Source of the DNA: an uncultured Gammaproteobacteria bacterium
Lineage (GTDB): Bacteria > Patescibacteriota > Microgenomatia > Daviesbacterales > UBA10151
NCBI GenBank assembly: GCA_964523905.1
Contig: CAZFYQ010000001.1
Span: 40,718 to 104,717 of the forward strand
Length of the DNA: 64,000 bases
Reading direction: 5' to 3'
The notes beneath the pieces were generated by a model. It was not told where the DNA came from, did not search any database, and saw nothing but the letters and a program-made list of their open reading frames with translations. The translations under genes were made by a program, and so were the position numbers. Numbering within the stretch: the stretch's first letter is position 1; every line of letters begins with the position of its first letter. Below are positions 28,834-37,397 of this stretch, piece after piece.

Positions 28834-31217
28834 AACCATTTATTATTCCGTTAAAAGATCTAACTATTGAGCAAGTGCCGGAAGTAGGTGGCAAAAATGC
28901 TTCACTTGGTGAAATGATTGGTACTTTATCCAAAAAAGGAGTCAAGATTCCCGGTGGTTTTGCAGTCACTGCCACAGCTTACAGATATTTTTTACAGGAA
29001 ACCAAATTGGATCTATTTATCAAAGAAACTTTAAAAGGTCTGGATACTGGTAACCTAAGGCAACTGGCCCAAAAAGGAAAATTAATTCGGGAGAAAATTT
29101 TACAAACAGATTTCCCCAAAGATTTGGAACAGGCCATTATTGAAGCTCACAAAGATGCGGAAAAACAGTTTGGTAAAGGTAGTGATTTTGCTTGTCGGTC
29201 TTCGGCAACAGCGGAGGATTTACCAGATGCTTCTTTTGCCGGAGAACATGAGACTTTTTTAAATGTCCGGGGTTCTCATGACATTTTGATAGCCATTAAA
29301 AAAGCCATGGCATCGCTTTTTACTAACCGGGCCATTTCTTACCGAGTTGATAAGCATTTTGATCATTTAAAAATTGCTCTTTCTGTGGGAGTGCAGAAAA
29401 TGATTCGCTCTGATCTGGCTTGTTCCGGCATCATGTTTACACTGGATACTGAATCCGGCTTTCCCGGTGTGGTATTAATTAACGGATCTTGGGGTTTGGG
29501 AGAAATGATTGTTGGGGGTGAGGTAACACCGGACGAATTTTTGGTATTTAAAAAGAATTTAGATCAGGAAAAATTATCACCAATTATTGATAAAACACTG
29601 GGTACTAAAGACCGCAAAATGATTTATGGAAAAGATCAGCCCACGGAAATTATTCCTACCACGCAGTTTGAAAGGACTAATTTTATTTTGACGGATGCGG
29701 AAATTTTACAACTGGCCAGATGGGCCACCACAGTGGAAGAACACTACAGTAACAAATACAAAAAATGGACGCCAATGGATTTGGAATGGGCGAAAGATGG
29801 TAATACTGATGAGCTCTATATTATCCAGGCTAGGCCAGAAACTGTGCAGTCTTTAAAAGATCACTCCATCATCAAAGAATACACTAGACAGCAGGATGGA
29901 GAGTTAATTACTAAAGGTGCCTCGGTGGGAAATTCCATTGCCACCGGCATTGCCAGAGTAATTGAGGATCCGGAAGATATTCACGAGTTTAAACCAGGGG
30001 AGATTTTGGTCACCAGGGTGACGGACCCGGACTGGGAGCCGATTATGAAAATAGCCTCAGCTATTATTACCGATCAAGGTGGTCGAACTTCTCATGCGGC
30101 AATTGTCGCCAGGGAACTGGGAATTCCAGCGATTGTGGGAGCAATTAATGCCACTGTCAAAATCAAAAACGGTCGGGAAATTACTGTTGATTGTTCTGGG
30201 CAGTCCGGTCTGGTCTATTCCGGAAAATTAAAGTTTAAAGTTACGGAACATAGCATTAAAAACTTGCCGGAAACTAAAACTCACATTATGGTTAATATTG
30301 CTACCCCGGAAACGGCTTTTGAAAAATCATTTTTACCAAACAAAGGAGTGGGGTTGGCTCGGGAAGAATTTATCATTACATCTAGTATTGGCATCCACCC
30401 ATTGGCTTTAATTAACTATGATAAACAAGACTCAAAGATCAAAGAAAAAATTGATGCCAAAACCATAGGTTACAAAGATAAAAAACAGTTTTACATTGAT
30501 AAATTAGCTTTCGGGATTGCCCGTATTTCTGCCAGCTTTCATCCTAATCCGGTAATTTTAAGGTTTTCTGATTTTAAAACTAATGAATATCGCAGTCTAA
30601 TCGGTGGGGAAGCTTACGAACCAAAAGAGGAAAATCCGATGATTGGCTGGAGAGGAGCATCACGCTATTATCATCCGGAGTTTGCACCGGCTTTTATACT
30701 GGAAGTAGAAGCCATTAAAAAAGTAATTAATCAGATGGGTTTAACTAATACTTGTGTGATGGTGCCGTTTTGTAGGACACCGGAAGAAGGGAAGCAAGTG
30801 ATTAAAATTATGGAGGAAAATGGTTTGTCTAAAAAAACCGTGCCGTCTTTAAAAATCTATGTAATGTGTGAGATTCCGGCTAATGTCATTTTGGCGGATC
30901 AATTTTTGGATGTGTTTGATGGCATGAGTATTGGTTCAAACGATCTGACTCAGCTAACTTTAGGGATTGACCGGGATGGTAATGAAAGAATTAGGGGAAT
31001 TGCTAATGAAAATGACCAATCAGTTAAAGATTTAATTGCCCAGGTGATTAAAAAATGTAAGGCTCGCGGTAAATATATTGGGATTTGTGGTCAGGCACCG
31101 TCTGATTACCCGGATTTTACTAAGTTTTTGGTCAAAGAGGGTATTGAAAGTATTTCTTTAAACCCGGATACTGTGATCAAGATCATACCGGAAGTTTATA
31201 AAGCCGAGCATAATTAG
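28830..31217 (+). CDS. ppsA: phosphoenolpyruvate synthase (pyruvate, water dikinase)
   Basis: Phosphohistidine motif GGRTSHAAIVARELGIPAIVG and PEP-utilising C-terminal TIM domain; 795 aa; ATGA overlap with eno. Confidence 0.9.
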   Translation: MKPFIIPLKDLTIEQVPEVGGKNASLGEMIGTLSKKGVKIPGGFAVTATAYRYFLQETKLDLFIKETLKGLDTGNLRQLAQKGKLIREKILQTDFPKDLEQAIIEAHKDAEKQFGKGSDFACRSSATAEDLPDASFAGEHETFLNVRGSHDILIAIKKAMASLFTNRAISYRVDKHFDHLKIALSVGVQKMIRSDLACSGIMFTLDTESGFPGVVLINGSWGLGEMIVGGEVTPDEFLVFKKNLDQEKLSPIIDKTLGTKDRKMIYGKDQPTEIIPTTQFERTNFILTDAEILQLARWATTVEEHYSNKYKKWTPMDLEWAKDGNTDELYIIQARPETVQSLKDHSIIKEYTRQQDGELITKGASVGNSIATGIARVIEDPEDIHEFKPGEILVTRVTDPDWEPIMKIASAIITDQGGRTSHAAIVARELGIPAIVGAINATVKIKNGREITVDCSGQSGLVYSGKLKFKVTEHSIKNLPETKTHIMVNIATPETAFEKSFLPNKGVGLAREEFIITSSIGIHPLALINYDKQDSKIKEKIDAKTIGYKDKKQFYIDKLAFGIARISASFHPNPVILRFSDFKTNEYRSLIGGEAYEPKEENPMIGWRGASRYYHPEFAPAFILEVEAIKKVINQMGLTNTCVMVPFCRTPEEGKQVIKIMEENGLSKKTVPSLKIYVMCEIPANVILADQFLDVFDGMSIGSNDLTQLTLGIDRDGNERIRGIANENDQSVKDLIAQVIKKCKARGKYIGICGQAPSDYPDFTKFLVKEGIESISLNPDTVIKIIPEVYKAEHN

Positions 31218-31236
31218 CCCCGGAGGTGAGAAATAA

Positions 31237-31479
31237 ATGGCAACAAAAAAAGAAGAATTTAGAATTAATGGTGAAGGATTGGTAGCCAAAATCAAGGAAC
31301 TGATAAAAGAAGGTAATATCCGCAAAATCACCATCAAGGACAAAGAAGGCAAAGAGCTAATTACTTTTCCTTTAACCATTGGAGTGGTGGGAACAGTCTT
31401 AGCACCGGTGTTGGCAGCAATCGGGGCAATGGCAGCATTAATTGGGGAATGTACTATCTCTGTGGAAAGGGAACAATAA
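31237..31479 (+). CDS. DUF4342-like small protein
   Basis: 80 aa; pattern FRINGEGLVAKIKELIKEGNIRKITIKDKEGKELITFPLTIGVVGTVLAPVLAAIGAMAAL matches my recollection of DUF4342; strong RBS GGAGGTGA. Confidence 0.6.
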   Translation: MATKKEEFRINGEGLVAKIKELIKEGNIRKITIKDKEGKELITFPLTIGVVGTVLAPVLAAIGAMAALIGECTISVEREQ

Positions 31480-31494
31480 GGAAAGGAGGTTAAA

Positions 31495-31665
31495 ATGAAA
31501 CATCAAGGAGGCGGTAGCGCCATTTATGGTATCGGAATTTTAGGTGCTTTGGTATATTACCTGCAGCACGCCACAACTTTTTTAATGGGATTAATTGGCA
31601 TTTTTAAGGCCATTTTCTGGCCAGGAGTAATTTTGTACAAAGTACTGGAAGTTTGGCACATGTAG
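31495..31665 (+). CDS. small membrane protein (56 aa), below the ORF-track size cutoff
   Basis: RBS AGGAGGT 7 nt upstream of ATG; translation MKHQGGGSAIYGIGILGALVYYLQHATTFLMGLIGIFKAIFWPGVILYKVLEVWHM has two hydrophobic helices. Confidence 0.45.
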   Translation: MKHQGGGSAIYGIGILGALVYYLQHATTFLMGLIGIFKAIFWPGVILYKVLEVWHM

Positions 31666-31672
31666 GCTTATA

Positions 31673-31987
31673 ATGTCAGCCGACATGGAACAAGAACCAC
31701 TAAAGCCACATATTCCTTTTGAAAATGAAATTAATGCAGTACCTGATGAGATTAAAGATCAAATCAGATGTTTAATAAAGAAACCCTATAAGGTCTTTGA
31801 GGATAAAAAACATCCTGATGGCAGTCTGTTTTCGCTGGAGGAACAAATAGAGGCATCTGCAGAGCATTTATTTATTTTTGTCGGGGAAGAAATACTGGCG
31901 GGTAGTGATCCAAAAGAGGCTTTTGATTTGGTAAAACAAGTTCAGAAAAGGTTTTTGGATAGCCAAGAACCTGAAAAAGAAGTATAA
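31673..31987 (+). CDS. hypothetical acidic protein
   Basis: 104 aa ORF, no recognisable domain. Confidence 0.45.
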   Translation: MSADMEQEPLKPHIPFENEINAVPDEIKDQIRCLIKKPYKVFEDKKHPDGSLFSLEEQIEASAEHLFIFVGEEILAGSDPKEAFDLVKQVQKRFLDSQEPEKEV

Positions 31988-31994
31988 TATACTT

Positions 31995-32225
31995 ATGATT
32001 GCCACAAATGTTGAAACAGGACCTGGGGTACAACAAGTTATAGCTGATAGAATCATTCGTCCAATTGACCCTTTTGGTGAAAGAAAAGGAACAATAGAAG
32101 AGCAAGTTACAGCTGATCAAGCCGAAATGACGAAGTTTGCTGTTGAGAGGTCACTAGAGCCAGCTTCAATTAATAGAATGGCCGATTTATTTGATAGAAT
32201 TCGTGATATTGCTTCTGCAAAATAA
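31995..32225 (+). CDS. hypothetical protein
   Basis: 76 aa ORF; coding-like composition. Confidence 0.4.
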   Translation: MIATNVETGPGVQQVIADRIIRPIDPFGERKGTIEEQVTADQAEMTKFAVERSLEPASINRMADLFDRIRDIASAK

Positions 32226-32282
32226 GTTTTTATTACCTACTTTAAACTAGCAATTTCCTCCCAAAAGGCCTAGAATTTTTCT

Positions 32283-32777
32283 ATGAACGCAGAAGATGTT
32301 TTGGAACTTTATAAATTATTTCAGGATCATGGAATAGAGATCTGGATTGATGGTGGATGGGGAATTGATTCACTATTAGGCCATCAGACAAGATGGCATA
32401 AGGATTTGGATATTGCCTTGGATGATAAATATAAACCAAAATTACTAAAACTGTTAGCTGAAAGAGGATACAAGGAAATCAATCTAGATACTAGACGTGA
32501 CTGGAATTTTGTTATGAGTGATGGGCAAAGAGAAATTGATATTCACACCTTTATTTTTGATGAGCAGGGTAAAAATATCTATGGTACAGGTTATCCGAAG
32601 CCAGCATTATCAGGAACAGGAATAATTAATGGGGTTTCTATTAATTGTATTCCCCCTGAATGGGTGGTTAAACTGCATGCAATGGCCACTTATACTCCCA
32701 AAGAAAAAGACATCCAGGATGTAAATGCGGTCTGTGATAAATTTGGCCTAGAGCCTCCAGAGAATTATAAAAAGTAG
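32283..32777 (+). CDS. ANT(2'')/Lnu-family nucleotidyltransferase
   Basis: IEIWIDGGWGIDSLLG..HKDLDIA resembles the WIGGGWAIDARLG..DDIDL core of aminoglycoside-2''-adenylyltransferase-type minimal NTases. Confidence 0.65.
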   Translation: MNAEDVLELYKLFQDHGIEIWIDGGWGIDSLLGHQTRWHKDLDIALDDKYKPKLLKLLAERGYKEINLDTRRDWNFVMSDGQREIDIHTFIFDEQGKNIYGTGYPKPALSGTGIINGVSINCIPPEWVVKLHAMATYTPKEKDIQDVNAVCDKFGLEPPENYKK

Positions 32778-32791
32778 TAAAATTTGGTTAA

Positions 32792-33418
32792 ATGCTCGTA
32801 TTTATTGATGACTCCGGTGATGCAGGTTTCAAGCTTCAAAAGGGATCAACCTTAATATTTGTAATTGGTTGTGTAATCTTTGATGATGAGTTGGAAGCAG
32901 AGAAAACAGCAATCGCCATTAAAGAATTAAAAAGAAAACTAAAATTTCCTGATGACGTGGAGTTCAAATTTAACAAATCTACTAAAAAAGTAAAAATGGA
33001 GTTTTTGGAAACGATAAAGTTGTTTAAGTTTAAAATCAGATGTTTGGTAGTTCAAAAGGATATGATACGGAGTGATGAGTTTAAGAAGAATAAAAATTCA
33101 TTTTATGGGTATGCTATTAAGATGCTTCTAAAATATAGCGCGGGTTCAATCCTAAATGCCAAGATAAGAATAGATGGAGGTGGAGATAGAATATTTAGAA
33201 GAAATTTTATTTCTTATCTAAGAAAGCAGTTAAATTCTGATCAGAAAAGAATAATGGATGAGTGCAAATTATTGGATTCAAAACAAAATGTTTTGATACA
33301 GCTGGCTGATATGATAGCAGGTAGTATTTATAGAAGTTACCAGACAGAAAAAACAGATAGTCTAGTTTATAAGAAGATTATTCAAAGACATATTGAAGAC
33401 GAGTGGAGGTTCAAATAA
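32792..33418 (+). CDS. DUF3800-family protein
   Basis: N-terminal MLVFIDDSGDAG motif and overall length typical of DUF3800. Confidence 0.6.
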   Translation: MLVFIDDSGDAGFKLQKGSTLIFVIGCVIFDDELEAEKTAIAIKELKRKLKFPDDVEFKFNKSTKKVKMEFLETIKLFKFKIRCLVVQKDMIRSDEFKKNKNSFYGYAIKMLLKYSAGSILNAKIRIDGGGDRIFRRNFISYLRKQLNSDQKRIMDECKLLDSKQNVLIQLADMIAGSIYRSYQTEKTDSLVYKKIIQRHIEDEWRFK

Positions 33419-33445
33419 CAAAAAATGGCTCCTTAAGGAGCCATT
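33417..33445 (-). terminator. intrinsic terminator for minus-strand sRNA
   Basis: Hairpin AATGGCTCC-TTAA-GGAGCCATT (33424-33445); read on the minus strand it is followed by a U6 tract (plus-strand A tract 33417-33423). Confidence 0.55.
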
Positions 33446-33520
33446 CCCAACCACGTTCCTATCCAAACGTTAGCTTGGAACGCGCACCGTCCGGTGACAA
33501 TTCGGAATACAGGTTTCTGT
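33417..33520 (-). ncRNA. candidate ~100-nt small RNA with own promoter and terminator
   Basis: Minus-strand promoter TTGCAT-17 nt-TATACT (plus coordinates 33527-33555) and the terminator above; GC-rich relative to flanks, with internal hairpins (CACCG-GA-CGGTG; GTTCC..GGAAC). Confidence 0.4.
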
Positions 33521-33599
33521 AGTTAAAGTATAGCATATCTTATTAAGCTATGCAAAGATAACCCGAATTTCTAAGTTCAAAGTATACGGTTTGTTACAG

Positions 33600-33630
33600 T
33601 TGACAGATTTGTACCCACAAAAAATATGGT
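33600..33630 (+). promoter_or_regulatory. possible promoter for ORF 33767 (divergent from the sRNA promoter)
   Basis: TTGACA at 33600-33605; weak -10 candidates (AAATAT/TATGGT) 16-19 nt downstream; would give a ~130-nt 5' UTR. Confidence 0.3.
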
Positions 33631-33766
33631 TTCACTGAAACAGATCAGCCCGTCGAAGGCATCTCGCTCGGCAACTCCAAACTAATCCCCAAAATCCTAA
33701 TGGAAAGAACCTAGTCCGCTCCTGGCTCCATGCTGTCTGAGGTGGTAAAATCTGATAAGTAATCAA

Positions 33767-34204
33767 ATGAATATTCTAAAGAAGCATTTAGGTTTAGTTA
33801 TTTTAACTGTTGTTTTGGTTTTACTTGATATTTTGCACAAAGAATTATTTTTTACAGTTCTACTAATTTATGGTCTGTTGATCAAATTTTTATTGACTGA
33901 ATCTATAAGTAAAAAACTTAGAAAGATTTTATCAGTAACAATATGGACTGCTGCCCTAATAATCACTTTTTTACTCTATTATTCAAATCACTATTTTCCT
34001 CGAGGCCCTATGATTGATACTGGAGATGTTCTATGCCAAAACGATGACCGCGGGCCATGTTCAGAGAAATTTATAGAAGATACCAGTAATCTAAATGTCC
34101 CAACATGGGTGAAGTTTTTTAAAGGTTCGGAAGGAGAATTACTATGGTTTGGATTATTGTTTGCTGGAATTGTAATAATTAGAGATAAACTATCTTCTAA
34201 TTAA
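33767..34204 (+). CDS. hypothetical membrane protein
   Basis: 145 aa, 3-4 hydrophobic segments. Confidence 0.5.
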   Translation: MNILKKHLGLVILTVVLVLLDILHKELFFTVLLIYGLLIKFLLTESISKKLRKILSVTIWTAALIITFLLYYSNHYFPRGPMIDTGDVLCQNDDRGPCSEKFIEDTSNLNVPTWVKFFKGSEGELLWFGLLFAGIVIIRDKLSSN

Positions 34205-34539
34205 ATTAATGCAAGCTGCGAGAGCTTTTTCCTTTTGATTGTCTCAAATTCCTCATCTGTTACAATGCCCTTGTTTCTAAGATCGTGAAGCCTTGTAAAA
34301 AAATCCAACTCATGAATGGCTGTAGTGGTTGGTGTCTCCAACTTATAAATTTTTTTGATTATTAATTTAATTTGTTCTGCTTCTTTTGGGGTATAAACTC
34401 TCCAAGCACCGCCAGTATTACTTACTGGAAAGGCATGCTTTTTTTCAAGGCGATAGAAAGTTACCCGGCCTAACGGTATTCCTTCTGATCTAAGTTCATT
34501 TAAAATTTTTCCAACTGTAATGTAAGGGAAAATCCTCAT
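34201..34539 (-). CDS. MerR/excisionase-type HTH protein with C-terminal SHOCT domain
   Basis: N-terminal HTH (ITVGKILNELRSEGIPLGRVTFYRLEKK) and C-terminal LHDLRNKGIVTDEEFETIKRKKL (SHOCT-like). Confidence 0.55.
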   Translation of the reverse strand: MRIFPYITVGKILNELRSEGIPLGRVTFYRLEKKHAFPVSNTGGAWRVYTPKEAEQIKLIIKKIYKLETPTTTAIHELDFFTRLHDLRNKGIVTDEEFETIKRKKLSQLALI

Positions 34540-34782
34540 ATTAACCCATAATATATCATACTAATCTATATTATGCAATATTATATCATTTTCCATCATA
34601 TTTAACATGAATAAATTTGCAGGTTAAGTAAATTTTTAAAGCTAAATTTTGCCTCTTGCGTTTTGAAATATGTTCATGCTAGAATCTGGCTGTTTAATAT
34701 GTATAAGGATACTTTTCTAACCTGTCCTGAGTAAAGTTTCTCAAAAAAATTAAGCAAATAAAAACCTTTTATTAAGGAGAAT

Positions 34783-35019
34783 ATGTCAAAAGGAAAAGAC
34801 CAACACGTTGTTCCAGTAGGATCAGACTGGGGAATTAAAGGAGCCGGCAATAGCCGGTACACTGAGATTTTTGAAAATAAAGCCGACGCGCTTGAAGCCG
34901 GAAGAGAGATTGCAATCAACCAGCAATCAGAGCTGGTTATTCATGGCAGAAATGGTCGAATTCAGGATAAAGATAGCTTCGGAAATGATCCCAGCTCAAT
35001 TAAGGACAGAGTGCATTAA
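34783..35019 (+). CDS. DUF2188-family protein
   Basis: QHVVPVGSDWGIKGAGNSRYTEIFENKADALEAGREIAINQQSELVIHGRNGRIQDKDSFGNDP matches the conserved DUF2188 pattern. Confidence 0.7.
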   Translation: MSKGKDQHVVPVGSDWGIKGAGNSRYTEIFENKADALEAGREIAINQQSELVIHGRNGRIQDKDSFGNDPSSIKDRVH

Positions 35020-35036
35020 AAAATTGAGAGGAGGTG

Positions 35037-35180
35037 AATGATTATGACAATAAACCAATTACTGGAAAAAGCAGTCGAAATTACTAAAGAGTATGCCAGC
35101 AGCGGAGGAGTTGTTCCATTAGATGCTGTATTAGAGCAAGTTTTTAGCAAGCTGAAGCAATTGAATCAAGAAAGCCAATA
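35037..35180 (+). CDS. small ORF (47 aa), below the ORF-track size cutoff
   Basis: RBS GAGGAGGTGA immediately upstream; MIMTINQLLEKAVEITKEYASSGGVVPLDAVLEQVFSKLKQLNQESQ. Confidence 0.35.
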
Positions 35181-35202
35181 AAAACTGCTCTAATTACGCT
35201 TT

Positions 35203-35841
35203 ATGTATACTTTTTACAAATATCTTAATCAAAAATATCTAAAAAGCTTTTTGGGTGGTCAAATTTTAATTAGACCACTTGCTGAATTTAGAAAGGCTGA
35301 AGAGTATGGTGCAGAAATAGGTGATTCAAATGAAGGGAAGGTTAAATTTCTAACAAAGGGGAAATCTTTCGATACAAGTGACCCCAATCATAATAAATCA
35401 CTGGCCCATGCAATTTCGGGTACTATTCAGGCAGGACAAATAGTTATTGAAGCGAGCGAAACAATAAACATTGCAACTAATAATTGTTTCATTTTTTCCG
35501 TATCACAAGTTAAAGCAAGCGCGGTAGCAAATAAAATGAACAGAGATACCTGTGTGGAAATTGCTGAATTCGGGTCCTTTTTTAAAGATCTGACAGATTG
35601 TTTACTAAGAAAAGGCTATAAAGTAAAGCTAGATCAAGCGCTTGTGAAAGATTGTCTATATGTTGATCGGGTGTTTGATCTACAAGATGGGTTACCTGAT
35701 GCACCAGCTTTTTTAAAAGAAAAAAAACATGAGTATCAAAAAGAGGTTAGGTGTGCGTGGATTATCGAGAATACAGTAGAAGGGGCTATTGTAGTAGAAT
35801 GCCCTGAACTTAAGAAATATTTTAAGATAGTAAATCTTTAA
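35203..35841 (+). CDS. hypothetical protein (212 aa)
   Basis: Long ORF without recognisable motifs; no clear SD. Confidence 0.45.
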   Translation: MYTFYKYLNQKYLKSFLGGQILIRPLAEFRKAEEYGAEIGDSNEGKVKFLTKGKSFDTSDPNHNKSLAHAISGTIQAGQIVIEASETINIATNNCFIFSVSQVKASAVANKMNRDTCVEIAEFGSFFKDLTDCLLRKGYKVKLDQALVKDCLYVDRVFDLQDGLPDAPAFLKEKKHEYQKEVRCAWIIENTVEGAIVVECPELKKYFKIVNL

Positions 35842-35867
35842 ATAATAAACAAAGGAGGTGAGCTATA

Positions 35868-36140
35868 TTGGAAGAAAAACCGAAAAGTAGTGATAATGTA
35901 AACGTCAATTTTGATACAACACCTATTTTATATACTGATAATGTCAGTATGACTGTTAATGAAGATGGTGTTGTGCTGGATTTCACACAACGTTTATTAA
36001 CAACAAATCAGGTAAAGATTGTTGCAAGAATAGGAATGAGTAGAGAACATGCGAAGAAATTTGTAGAAGCTTTAGAAACTGGGATCAAAAGTGCAGAAAG
36101 CGCCATGCAATCCGCTGCAAAAAAAGCTAAGTTGAATTGA
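35868..36140 (+). CDS. DUF3467-family protein
   Basis: ILYTDNVSMTVNEDGVVLDFTQ ... VKIVARIGMSREHAKKFVEALETGIKSAE matches the DUF3467 consensus as I recall it; RBS AGGAGGTGA. Confidence 0.6.
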   Translation: MEEKPKSSDNVNVNFDTTPILYTDNVSMTVNEDGVVLDFTQRLLTTNQVKIVARIGMSREHAKKFVEALETGIKSAESAMQSAAKKAKLN

Positions 36141-36235
36141 TATTCTTAGCGACTTAAGGGATTTGGAGATTTCGCTGTAGACACAGAATGTTGATGGATT
36201 TTGATTTCTGTGAGCCATAATATTAGAATGGCTTT

Positions 36236-36577
36236 ATGACTGAAAGGAGAGCTGGGAATGATTTTTTGCAAAGAGTTTTTGAAACTCGTAAAGATAACCC
36301 AGCTGTTTTAAGGTTAATGGTTAGGAGAAGTATATGGATGATAGATAAGGCTGCCAGTGGGCTTAATCGATTTGGTGAGCCAATGCGAAAATCCGAACAG
36401 GATGCTTTAATTGCTGAAGGAATAGATGCTCTTCATGTTTGGTTAGAATATGCCGCGCATGCGCAAATTCCAATTGCTGCAGATTTAGTACTGCAAGCTG
36501 AAGATAGAGTGACGACATTTGGACCCCGTGTTGAAGAGCTTAAACAACTACAAAAAAGGACAATAACAAAAATTTAA
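36236..36577 (+). CDS. hypothetical protein
   Basis: 113 aa, helical, no recognisable domain. Confidence 0.45.
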   Translation: MTERRAGNDFLQRVFETRKDNPAVLRLMVRRSIWMIDKAASGLNRFGEPMRKSEQDALIAEGIDALHVWLEYAAHAQIPIAADLVLQAEDRVTTFGPRVEELKQLQKRTITKI

Positions 36578-36617
36578 AGATATCTAGATAGGGAGTTTTT
36601 GGTGGTATAATTTAAAG

Positions 36618-36827
36618 ATGAGCGGGTATTTTTATCATCAATATAACCTGGGATCTTTTGTTTGGCTAATGCCTTTTATATTTCTTGAACTGATTTTAAA
36701 AGGGATCGCGCTTTGGAAAGCCGGTAGAAATAATCAAAAATATTGGTTTATTGCGCTTTTGATTATTAATTCCGTGGGACTGCTGCCAATAATCTATCTT
36801 TTGTTTTTTCAGGTTAAGCGTAAATGA
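36618..36827 (+). CDS. small two-TM membrane protein (DUF5652-like)
   Basis: ALWKAGRNNQKYWFIALLIINSVGLLPIIYLL pattern. Confidence 0.5.
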   Translation: MSGYFYHQYNLGSFVWLMPFIFLELILKGIALWKAGRNNQKYWFIALLIINSVGLLPIIYLLFFQVKRK

Positions 36828-37016
36828 TCTTCACACTTTTGGCCGCAAAAGTGTGGCAAAACTCCTTGCTTGAAAGTCGGGCTACTCTTCAGATTTTGTC
36901 TAGCGGGGGTTTGCCCCCTCACAAATTCCTCCACTAAAGTGATAGTCAGTTTGTGTTTCCCCCTGCTGCCAAAATCCTCATCTTTTAACGCCCTTTGTTT
37001 CCATAGCAAGACCTTT

Positions 37017-37045
37017 TTGACAATGTAAAAGCGGATTGTTACAAT
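37017..37045 (+). promoter_or_regulatory. sigma70-like promoter, leaderless transcript for ORF 37053
   Basis: TTGACA (37017-22), 17-nt spacer, TACAAT (37040-45); the ATG at 37053 is 7 nt past the -10. Confidence 0.55.
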
Positions 37046-37052
37046 TTTTGCA

Positions 37053-37397
37053 ATGAACGCATATGAAAGATTAGTACAATCCAGAAAGTTAGAGCAGATG
37101 TATGGTCCGGAAAGAATTGCCCGAATGGTGGCTGACAGAGAGGCAACTGACCCGAGTATTACCCGGAAGAAACAAATTTACAAAGAGCAGGCAGTAGACA
37201 TTGCTAATAAATTAGGTGCTATACCCTTAACCCCAATTCAAAGAGAAAGACTGCAGTGGCAATTGGATGTGCTTACTTACAGGGCAGAGCATGGACCAGT
37301 AATACATTCAGGATATTATGACTTTAACTTATTACCGGAAACTTTAGCTGCACGTAATCCCTTAACTGGCGGTAGGGGAATGGAAGGAATTAGTTAA
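37053..37397 (+). CDS. hypothetical protein
   Basis: 114 aa ORF behind a near-consensus promoter. Confidence 0.5.
   Translation: MNAYERLVQSRKLEQMYGPERIARMVADREATDPSITRKKQIYKEQAVDIANKLGAIPLTPIQRERLQWQLDVLTYRAEHGPVIHSGYYDFNLLPETLAARNPLTGGRGMEGIS

Noticed and set aside
31158-31379. 73-aa minus-strand ORF overlapping the ppsA end and the DUF4342 gene
   Set aside because: Antisense to two better-supported genes (conserved ppsA C-terminus; DUF4342 with a strong RBS).
33424-33445. Hairpin read as a plus-strand terminator for the DUF3800 gene
   Set aside because: On the plus strand the hairpin is followed by CCC rather than a T tract; the U tract is on the minus strand, so it is better explained as the terminator of the minus-strand sRNA (it could still act bidirectionally, weakly).
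36809-37009. 66-aa minus-strand ORF in the intergenic region
   Set aside because: Overlaps two stable hairpins and the promoter of ORF 37053; no RBS; more likely non-coding regulatory/terminator space.
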